A DNA stretch of 61,630 nucleotides from Deinococcales bacterium (GTDB lineage Bacteria > Deinococcota > Deinococci > Deinococcales > JAAFIG01), in contig JANNVX010000054.1 of NCBI GenBank assembly GCA_031414595.1, positions 1 through 61,630 on the forward strand. The letters run 5' to 3'. Shown piece after piece: positions 20,401 to 27,558 of this stretch. The translations under genes and the position numbers were made by a program. The stretch's first letter is position 1. The number at the start of each line of letters is the position of its first letter. The notes under the pieces are model-generated. The model was not told where the DNA came from. It made no database searches and saw nothing but the letters and a program-made list of their open reading frames with translations.

Positions 20401-21165
20401 GGACTTATTACAAAATCAATTAGCATGTCGTTATCCCCAAGTCTCGTGGCTAATGGGTTAAGACTTCAAGGTTTGAATGATTTTATTTGTAAAGTTGCTA
20501 ATCAGCCACTCAGAGCAGCGGTAATTATATCGGTGTCTGCCGGAGAGGGTGATGCTTTAGGTTTAGAGTTGATGGAACAGTATTTAACTGGACGCAGATT
20601 GACATTTAGAAAATTCAATGACCCGAAATGGTCAACTTATCTGATGCAACATCCTGTATTACAAAATGACCTCGATAATGAAATCAGACGATTGGCTTTA
20701 AGTTATATAAATTTATCAGTTGGTGTTCATGGTTTTTTTGTAAATAATAAACTCCCAAATGGCATAGCTTTGTGTGATGGTCAAGATAGCTCTGTTATAC
20801 TTAACGGCAGAAGATGTAAATTAACCACAGGATATGGACTCTTAAATGGCTCGAACGATAATTATGGTGGTATGGCATATGAGGGTTCATTACGGATAGA
20901 TGTTTACCCAGACGGGTCTCGTCTTGTCACGGCTGCATTTTGTTATACGTTTAATGATCTAGGCGACTTTGAAAGTAAAAAATACCCATTATTTGATGGA
21001 ACAGCAGATTTAATAACTCAACTAAACTTAGCTACGGGGGTTGGTGGACCTTACCGAGTATCAATCGGATGGTGTACAACAGCAATATACCGTATTACAC
21101 CGAATGGAATATTTATTCCATTTTCTGGATACCCCGCGATCTTCAATGATTTTACACTGAGGTAG
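17407..21165 (+). CDS. Large multidomain lipoprotein, putative polymorphic toxin (IPT/TIG, carboxypeptidase-regulatory-like, ZU5-like with HFT, variable C-terminus)
   Basis: Lipobox LMAC; IKIPAGAL...GPTGLVFKKPATL...INHFT; Cys/Pro-rich linker; AT-rich C-terminal region. Confidence 0.7.
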   Translation: MKRLIWLMLILMACVQPPAPPTTRVFKTLGSLEVSLDINGEAKAKLIKSVLRPQNSTPLPDNAFVFTRKYSSSFDIDASNERYISATFEVKNNSGTAIQNLSLVAYNQGGNSLGGTAIKNLVNFGGAAITDSSIAQSIYPLQGVKRNGAEVVVDPDSADFQGFSPEESSSIGSSARSNQIINNQDTALEYGFVARNSNNSRTIGDGETGLVTLTLRFERPSNPQTTPYRFVMTFVLSDDSLARVTRGINETTTEAETRAYTTGATELMLIGPDADTSSNTNIQTNRLENARIGLEPSYLVKPSLFMRDLQPSSIKNDSDNTVLIRGTKFDASTSFFIQSTKLDILSLTPNQAQVVIPKGFIPSKYGIMAANNTGKHATLYPAITIKAGTPARDLDIRENYQSFIDGYVFDYQSKALIKNAKISIPGLETTSSETGYFLLRGVPAGRQVVKIQKQDYGYNPETGQYGQVDTHEPLYRIANVPNNPNSTITLKLVMLEPKVNNSTIIGSSGGIHYASSNHSTGAFIKIPAGALSKDTPIQFTHLRDGTTLPELNDNGNYLAFAHLGPTGLVFKKPATLFLPLQNGIVLNVNETINIGYFDSIRGEWIDDITSGKISKINGQLYLEYEINHFTWIGGFNPLPSVPFTGSTGGCNMSPPPPPINYDPKNPPEVPTCDKKPESDDRKPGCSPRAGIPTDQGISDEDGNVTGSKPGSRATQTITINPLGYGDNVIPARSDPIEPDNSTPQRLPCARIPSPNEPYKAAPKPVGDNPCGTPAVRPFSSNPSPSTQGARPQATTGNLLLVSSNLHGFTTSLGNFSGAKIDPSSLKLKMGSLDVTSVTEIKPSSSIYDGFDFTVTLKEPLKAQVGLEVRLEGKTLDGKVVDSRVGVDVVAGFTSPPLMIYTAPDSAFEENETTPVIVASTLSTQVLYRRSDLENSQFLDVPVFAIPTDETQEIMTGLTMERPISLNFEFNDFSVTSNQSRIIQGVYRSTVRVPTSQINGLITKSISMSLSPSLVANGLRLQGLNDFICKVANQPLRAAVIISVSAGEGDALGLELMEQYLTGRRLTFRKFNDPKWSTYLMQHPVLQNDLDNEIRRLALSYINLSVGVHGFFVNNKLPNGIALCDGQDSSVILNGRRCKLTTGYGLLNGSNDNYGGMAYEGSLRIDVYPDGSRLVTAAFCYTFNDLGDFESKKYPLFDGTADLITQLNLATGVGGPYRVSIGWCTTAIYRITPNGIFIPFSGYPAIFNDFTLR

Positions 21166-21166
21166 T

Positions 21167-21511
21167 ATGAAAATATCAAATAAAACTATTTTTGCCCTAC
21201 TCGGCATTTCTATTGCAGTTATCATTGGATTTTATGCTGTTGGAATTATCAATGAGAGTAATAGTAGACCTTCCTACACAAGATCCACTGCCAAATCATT
21301 TATAAGTGCTTGCAAAAAATATGCTTTTCAAAATCTATACGCTGGCAAAAAAGTAAAATTTTGTTACATAAGTAACAAAACAAGTAGTTTAGATAATTAT
21401 GCTTATTATTGGAGTGAGAACAATTTTATTTTTATTTTAAATTATGAAGGCGATTTATATTTATATGACTCAAAGAATGATCAAACTGTCTTACTAGCGC
21501 AAAATAATTAG
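21167..21511 (+). CDS. Small membrane-anchored protein, putative immunity protein
   Basis: Starts 1 nt after the preceding stop; very AT-rich; N-terminal TM segment. Confidence 0.6.
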   Translation: MKISNKTIFALLGISIAVIIGFYAVGIINESNSRPSYTRSTAKSFISACKKYAFQNLYAGKKVKFCYISNKTSSLDNYAYYWSENNFIFILNYEGDLYLYDSKNDQTVLLAQNN

Positions 21512-21601
21512 GGACTTTTCAGATATGATTTTTAGATTCTCATGCTTCCTCTGCACTTTCCTAGTGCTGCTTTTCCATATCTCGAGCCTAGCCGCTCCAT
21601 T

Positions 21602-21849
21602 CTCGAGTAACCTGCACGGCTTCACCACCAGCCTAGGAAACTTTAGTGGCGCAAAAATAGACCCAAGCAGCATTAAGTTAAAAATGGGTAGCTTGGATGT
21701 GACCAGTACAACAGAAATTAAACCATCCTCGAGTATTTATGATGGCTTTGATTTTACGGTTACGCTCAAAGAACCACTCAAAGCACAAGCTGGTCTCGAG
21801 GTGCGGCTCGAGGTGAAAACGCTAGATGGCAAGGTTATAGATTCTCGAG
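21602..21849 (+). repeat. Diverged direct copy of 19809-20056 (orphan fragment of the large lipoprotein)
   Basis: Encodes SSNLHGFTTSLGNFSGAKIDPSS...DGKVIDSR; begins and ends in CTCGAG. Confidence 0.95.
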
Positions 21850-21892
21850 TCTCTTGCTCTTGTTTTCTCAGGTACACTACTTTCTAGGTTTT

Positions 21893-23293
21893 ATGCGTCT
21901 TTCTCCTCGTTTTTTTCTTTTCTTAGCTGCCCTTTGTGGTGTTGTTATTTTCTTGGTTTTTTCTGATTCTTGGGTGGCTTTTCCAAGGCATCTCGAGCCG
22001 AAGCCTTTGCCTGCTTTTTACGCGGGCGGATTAAAACAAGGTTCGGGCGGTCAACTCGAGTACGCAGCCGTACAACCTTCAGATTTGTTTTTGCCTTCGC
22101 CTGCTCGAAATATAGGCAATCTGTTACTGCCAAATGCTGCTTTTCCAGACCCCAGTGCCTGTGGTTCGTGTCATGTCGGGATTCATACGGCTTGGTCAAA
22201 AAGTTTGCATTCCAAAAGTGCAACCGATGCCTTGTACCTGAAAGTCAAGCAACAGTTTGTGGTGGAACGTGGCGAACCTGCGGTGCGTTTATGTGCGGCG
22301 TGTCATGCGCCTGTAGCGTTGATGACTGGTGAGGTCGGTTTGTACAACCGTGAATCAGTCTCGAGTCAGCAGGGCGTGTCGTGTGGCTTTTGTCATTCGC
22401 TTGAATCGGTGCATTCAGATTCTGGTGGTTGGTTGGTAAATCCTGCTCGAGTGCGTGCTCATGTGGGTGGGGATGTGTTTGCTGTAAATAATAATTTAGC
22501 AAAGGCACTTTTGTACGCTAAGCCTCGGGTGCATCAAGAAGATATGCTTCGTCCAGTTTTATCAAGTGGTGAAGTCTGTAAAGCCTGTCATGAGTTCAAA
22601 ATCAATGGTGTGGCAGTGCAAAGCACTTGGTCGGAGTATCAAGCATCGTCGTTTCCTGCCAAGGGCGTAACTTGTCAGTCTTGTCATTTCTCGAGTAATG
22701 GTGCTGCAAATACCTTAGAATCTGGCGAGGTTGCATTAGGACGATCTAAAACCACTGTGCAGTGGCATCGTTTGTTGGGCGGTAGTACAATGGTGAGCAG
22801 TGACCCGCAAGATAATTTAACGATGTTGCGAGGTGCTTTGAAACTCGAGCCTTTGTTTGTGGGTTCTCGCCTTGAAGTACAGGTTCGTAATACTGGTGCG
22901 GCTCATGCAATTCCAACTGGTGTGGCAGATTTGCGCCAATTATGGCTCGAGGTGCGCGGGTTTGATGCAGCACGGGCAGAAGTTTTTTCAAGTGGTGTTG
23001 TGGGTAAATCTGGAGACTTTGAACAAGGCACACGGGTCTTTCATCAAGTGTTGCACGACAAGGCTGGACGTGCAATTATTCGTCATGACATTTGGCGGGC
23101 TAAGAAAATCGCACTAGATACACGTATCCCAGCCGATGGCGCTAGACTCGAGGTATTTGAATTACCAAGGACTGTAGTTTTGGTCAAACTAAGATTACTG
23201 TGGCGCGATGTCCCTTCTGATTTTAATAATTGGGTTTTAGGGTCAAATAAATCGCTTGTCAGTACAATTCATCAGGCGCAAGTTTCCAGATAA
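21893..23293 (+). CDS. Membrane-anchored pentaheme cytochrome c
   Basis: Five CxxCH motifs (CGSCH, CAACH, CGFCH, CKACH, CQSCH); N-terminal TM; AHAIPTG. Confidence 0.88.
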   Translation: MRLSPRFFLFLAALCGVVIFLVFSDSWVAFPRHLEPKPLPAFYAGGLKQGSGGQLEYAAVQPSDLFLPSPARNIGNLLLPNAAFPDPSACGSCHVGIHTAWSKSLHSKSATDALYLKVKQQFVVERGEPAVRLCAACHAPVALMTGEVGLYNRESVSSQQGVSCGFCHSLESVHSDSGGWLVNPARVRAHVGGDVFAVNNNLAKALLYAKPRVHQEDMLRPVLSSGEVCKACHEFKINGVAVQSTWSEYQASSFPAKGVTCQSCHFSSNGAANTLESGEVALGRSKTTVQWHRLLGGSTMVSSDPQDNLTMLRGALKLEPLFVGSRLEVQVRNTGAAHAIPTGVADLRQLWLEVRGFDAARAEVFSSGVVGKSGDFEQGTRVFHQVLHDKAGRAIIRHDIWRAKKIALDTRIPADGARLEVFELPRTVVLVKLRLLWRDVPSDFNNWVLGSNKSLVSTIHQAQVSR

Positions 23294-23367
23294 ACCTCCC
23301 TTCGCCTTTTGCCTAGTGTGCAACTCATGGCAAAACAAGCTATACTACGGTTCACACCTCGGAGGTG

Positions 23368-24006
23368 ATGACAGTAGCTAAAGACCACAAGATCAACGAT
23401 CAAATTCGTGTTCGTCAGGTACGTTTAATTGATGACGAAGGCGGACAGATTGGTATTATTGACACTCGAGACGCAATGAAAATGGCGACCGAGAAGAATT
23501 TGGATTTGGTGATGGTTTCGCCAAATACTGTGCCGCCAGTATGCCGTTTGCTTGATTACGGGAAGTTCCGTTTTGAAGCGCAGCAACAAGAAAAAGAGGC
23601 ACGCAAACGAGCCAGAAACCAAGAAGTCAAGTCCATCAAGTTACGGGTTAAAATTGGTGATGGCGACTTTGACACCAAACTCAATCACGTTAAGCGCTTC
23701 TTAAAAGAAGGACACAAGGTCAAAATCACAATTATGTTTCGTGGGCGGGAACGAACCCATCCAGAATTGGGTGAGCGTTTGCTTTCTCGAGCCGCCGAAA
23801 CCCTTGGTGATTATGCCTTGATTGAATCGCCGCCGCTCTTGGCGGGTATGGACATGAACATGATGGTAGCCCCGACTCCAAAAGCTGCGACCATGAAATT
23901 GAAAGCCTCAGATGCTCCACCGCCCGAAGATGATGACGAAGACGACAGTGATGTTCCAGATAGCGTTATTACCGAAAATGTAGAAGCGCCAAGTCAGAAC
24001 GCTTAA
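23368..24006 (+). CDS. infC: Translation initiation factor IF-3
   Basis: INDQIRVRQVRLID, DYGKFRFE, KVKITIMFRGRE; exact start uncertain. Confidence 0.97.
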   Translation: MTVAKDHKINDQIRVRQVRLIDDEGGQIGIIDTRDAMKMATEKNLDLVMVSPNTVPPVCRLLDYGKFRFEAQQQEKEARKRARNQEVKSIKLRVKIGDGDFDTKLNHVKRFLKEGHKVKITIMFRGRERTHPELGERLLSRAAETLGDYALIESPPLLAGMDMNMMVAPTPKAATMKLKASDAPPPEDDDEDDSDVPDSVITENVEAPSQNA

Positions 24007-24011
24007 ACCTC

Positions 24012-24041
24012 GAGACGCACCTTTTGGGTGCGTCTTTACTT
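24012..24041 (+). terminator. Intrinsic terminator after infC
   Basis: AGACGCACC-TTTTG-GGTGCGTCT followed by TTACTTT. Confidence 0.75.
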
Positions 24042-24048
24042 TGGCAAA

Positions 24049-24804
24049 TCACTGTTGACAAATGACACTCCACATTCTGCCAGTTTGCCCATGGTCACGG
24101 CGATACGAGAAAAAATCTGCTTGGGTGCTGCACCGTCCAGCCAGCCAGATTTGGTTTTTTGGAATGCCAATGGACTCGAGTAACCACTGGTTGGCATTGG
24201 CTAAATCCAAATGAAATAATCTCGAGCCGCTTTCGGAACTGGTTTCTTCTTGTACAAAACGTTCACTCGGAAAATTGGCAGTTAAAAACTGCTCGAGAAC
24301 ATCTAATCGAACGGGATACTGTCCAGCCGAGATTCCAGGTCCAATCGCCACTTCTATGGTATCGGGGTTTGCGCCGAGTTGCTGCATTCTCAGTACCGTC
24401 TGTTCGAGAATCCGTGCGGCAGTTCCACGCCAACCACAATGGGCAGCAGCAATCACCCCCGCCTTTTTATCCTCGAGTAGAATTGGGTAGCAATCGGCAG
24501 TTTCGATCACCAAAGTGATGTTTTTTTGATTGGTCACAACTGCGTCGGCAGCCAGCAACTCTTTAGAAGCCAAAGCATCTGTGGCATCAACCACAAAACT
24601 CGAATGGATTTGGCGCAGCAAAACCACAGCCGTGGCGGTTAAATCTAAAGCAGCAAGTGCCAAGATTCGATTCTCGAGAACATGATTGGTCTGGTCGCCA
24701 ACCCGACTCGAAAGATTCAGGCTATTAAATGCTCCGAGGCTCTTTCCGCCGTACCGAACACTAAAACCATGTCTATTTTGAAGGTTTGGACTGCACAACC
24801 ACAT
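24049..24804 (-). CDS. pgeF: YfiH/PgeF family purine nucleoside phosphorylase
   Basis: QIHS, TADC.PI, AHCGWRG, IGPGI, FFSYRR. Confidence 0.92.
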   Translation of the reverse strand: MWLCSPNLQNRHGFSVRYGGKSLGAFNSLNLSSRVGDQTNHVLENRILALAALDLTATAVVLLRQIHSSFVVDATDALASKELLAADAVVTNQKNITLVIETADCYPILLEDKKAGVIAAAHCGWRGTAARILEQTVLRMQQLGANPDTIEVAIGPGISAGQYPVRLDVLEQFLTANFPSERFVQEETSSESGSRLFHLDLANANQWLLESIGIPKNQIWLAGRCSTQADFFSYRRDHGQTGRMWSVICQQ

Positions 24805-24998
24805 TTAAGTAGTCTAACTCGAGTTTAGCAATTTAGTAGCAAATGACTTGATTTTTATGTCAATGACAAGTATTTTAACATCTGTGATGGCGTTACTTTA
24901 CCCAATGCGAGAAAAGACCATTGTTGAGGTTCATCTTCTGCTAGACTATCAACGATGCCTAGTTTTCCATTTACAACGCCAGCATGGAGGGGAGTGCC

Positions 24999-26693
24999 AT
25001 GAGTGAAGTACAAATCTCGCCGTTAGCCAAGCGTCTTGCTGAGGAGAACTCAATAGATTGGCGTAAAATTCGTGGTACTGGACCCGAGGGGCGGGTCATC
25101 GAACGAGATATTCTGACCTATCTAGCCCGAATTATGTCCGGAGAAGCCGACTTGCCCGCCGAACCAGATAAATCCGAACCAGCCGGTCCAAGCAGTATGC
25201 CGGCAGCGATTCCGGGGAATGTAGCAAACTATGCGGCTGCCAGTGCAGGGCTTGCCAAAGAAGGCGTGGATTTAAGTGCTTTGATTGGTGGTTTTCCACC
25301 TGTTGCACCACTGCCGACCCTCGAAGCCCCTTTGGATTTTGGTTCTTTTGAACCACCTTCAACGGTTATACCCACGCCTCCGCCTGTTGCTCCTGTATTT
25401 ATCCAACCTACGGTGAACAGTTCTTTATCGCAAGAGCCTGTTTTTGAAATTGATTTTGACGATGACGAACCTGAAATTGTCTTTGAAAATCCAACCGTGA
25501 TTGACCTGCCAGAATCAGTTGTACCAGTTGCACCAGTGCCTGTATGGACAGCCCCAGTGATTGAACCCGTTGTTGCGGCAGAACCCGTTTGGGCAGTTCC
25601 GACGACTCCAACACCCATTGTGCCAATCGTCCCGGTCATTCCCGAGCCTGTCTGGACAGCCCCAGTTGTGGCAGAACCTGTTTGGACTGTTCCAGCAACA
25701 CCAGAACCAATTGTACCAACCCCACCAATGATTGCTGAACCCGTTTGGACTGCACCAGTTGTTCCTGTTATCCCTGAACCTGTTTGGGCTGCGCCAATCG
25801 AACCCGAAGCCCCAGTCTGGGTCGCACCAATACCAGCTATTTCTGCTCAAGAACCTGCTTGGCGTATGCCAGAGCCAATTGCTCCATTTGCTGCCGAGCC
25901 TGTTATCTCTATCCCTGAACCTGTTGCCACGTGGTCAATTCCAGAACCTGTGTATACTCCACCAGAACCTGTGTATATGCCACCAGTTCTCGAGCCAAAA
26001 GTACCAGACCCCATTCCAGAACCCATTTTTATTGCGCCAATGCTCGAGCCTGTTATTCCAGTTATCCCAGTACCAGAAGTTGTTATCCCAGAACCAGAAA
26101 TACCCATGGTTATTTTAGAACCAGAAGTTGTCATCCCAGAACCAGAAATACCTATGGTCATTTCAATGCCAGAAGTGCCTGTGGTCATCCCAACATATAG
26201 CCCACCAGTTTCAACCGTCATTAAAGATTACTTCCAACTTTTCGCCGCCCGCCGAACCTTTGAGCCAAAAGCCCTTGAGGACATCCGAAGTAATCTTTCA
26301 AAAAGCTTAAACAACCGCGAAATCCCCAATGAACTTTTTCTGGCTCGAGCCGTAGGACGTGCCATTCATCTGCTTGGCATGACCCAATTCACCATTGCCC
26401 GTCTTGAACACAATGGCTTACAAGCCTACCAAGTCGGCGGCATTCAACACAGTTTCCTAGAAGCCCTCCAAGGACTGACTCGAGCCACACAAAGCACCGC
26501 CGAAGGTTTACTGGTCGTGGATGCCTCGAGCCTAGGCGCAGATGATTTGGTTCTACCGAGTGCTGTTGGTGTTCTTGCCCTAGGCAGAAACGGCAAACTG
26601 ACTTTATCGGGTAACTTATCACCACTGCAAAGCACCGAATTCTTAAGTAAAATTGCTGAACTGCTCGAGAACCCTGTTGGGCTTGTGATTTGA
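24999..26693 (+). CDS. E3-binding-domain protein with long Pro/Glu/Val-rich repeat linker
   Basis: ISPLAKRLAEE...GTGPEGRVIERDI; many EPVW/IPEP repeats; degenerate E2-like C-terminus (FL..IAELLENP). Confidence 0.8.
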   Translation: MSEVQISPLAKRLAEENSIDWRKIRGTGPEGRVIERDILTYLARIMSGEADLPAEPDKSEPAGPSSMPAAIPGNVANYAAASAGLAKEGVDLSALIGGFPPVAPLPTLEAPLDFGSFEPPSTVIPTPPPVAPVFIQPTVNSSLSQEPVFEIDFDDDEPEIVFENPTVIDLPESVVPVAPVPVWTAPVIEPVVAAEPVWAVPTTPTPIVPIVPVIPEPVWTAPVVAEPVWTVPATPEPIVPTPPMIAEPVWTAPVVPVIPEPVWAAPIEPEAPVWVAPIPAISAQEPAWRMPEPIAPFAAEPVISIPEPVATWSIPEPVYTPPEPVYMPPVLEPKVPDPIPEPIFIAPMLEPVIPVIPVPEVVIPEPEIPMVILEPEVVIPEPEIPMVISMPEVPVVIPTYSPPVSTVIKDYFQLFAARRTFEPKALEDIRSNLSKSLNNREIPNELFLARAVGRAIHLLGMTQFTIARLEHNGLQAYQVGGIQHSFLEALQGLTRATQSTAEGLLVVDASSLGADDLVLPSAVGVLALGRNGKLTLSGNLSPLQSTEFLSKIAELLENPVGLVI

Positions 26694-26707
26694 GGACAGA
26701 GAAACAC

Positions 26708-26744
26708 TAAAAAAAGAAAAGCGAATGTGCTTTTCTTTTTTTTT
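26708..26744. terminator. Probable bidirectional terminator
   Basis: AAAAAGAAAAGC-GAATGT-GCTTTTCTTTTT. Confidence 0.6.
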
Positions 26745-26801
26745 AGGTGCAATGGCTTATCAACGGGGCATTGCCTTTGATTCTTGCTCTATACTGTTCT
26801 T

Positions 26802-27539
26802 GTGTCTCGTTATCGTACTCGAAGCGGTATTGTGCTGCGTCGCAAAACCACACCAATCGGTGATGTGGTGCTTTGGTTACTGACTCCAGAAGGAAAATTG
26901 CGTGGCGTGGCTCGAGCCGGTGCAAAAAATGGTTTAGCCGCCAAAGTCAATTTATTTCATCATTTGACCGTACAGGTGTATCAGCGCCCGGGCAACGACA
27001 TGGCAATGCTTTCCGAAATTATTCTCGAGGGAGCGCTTGAACGCTTAACCCAGCCCGAGGTGTACCCATATGCCCATTGGTTAGCCGAACTTGCCGATAA
27101 ACTCTATGCCGAAGATGACCATGTTGGACAAGCTGGCTTTGAATTGGTCAGTGGCGGACTGCGCGGACTGGCGCGACACACCGACCCTAACCGTGTAGCA
27201 CTGGTCATGGCTTGGAAACTTTTGGGCGCACACGGGCTGTATCCCAGAGTCTCGAGTTGCCCAGACACCGGCGAGACCGAAGGCTTAACCCGTTTTGATG
27301 TGCAGCGTGGCAGTGTCAGCACCCAAGGCGGACTGAACATTGGCGAGGACGCGATTTGGGAACTGCGCCGCATTCATGCCGAAACAGTGCGAGAAATCAT
27401 GCTTGAGCCGCTACCAGATAACACCCGAACAGAACTCTGGCGGGTTCTCGAGCCGTATATTGACACCCATGTCGGCAGTATGCAGGCGTGGGCTGCGATG
27501 AAAGGGCAATTTGAGACTAAAAAACTTGGGTTGATTTAA
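26802..27539 (+). CDS. recO: DNA repair protein RecO
   Basis: GIVLRR...GDVVL.LLTPEGKL.GVARAG; GTG 6 nt after TATACT. Confidence 0.9.
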   Translation: MSRYRTRSGIVLRRKTTPIGDVVLWLLTPEGKLRGVARAGAKNGLAAKVNLFHHLTVQVYQRPGNDMAMLSEIILEGALERLTQPEVYPYAHWLAELADKLYAEDDHVGQAGFELVSGGLRGLARHTDPNRVALVMAWKLLGAHGLYPRVSSCPDTGETEGLTRFDVQRGSVSTQGGLNIGEDAIWELRRIHAETVREIMLEPLPDNTRTELWRVLEPYIDTHVGSMQAWAAMKGQFETKKLGLI

Positions 27540-27558
27540 GTTGATACCAAGATTATTT

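Noticed and set aside
21525-21887. Independent 120-aa gene
   Set aside because: Mostly the duplicated fragment with unrelated ends; treated as an orphan repeat, though expression is not excluded.
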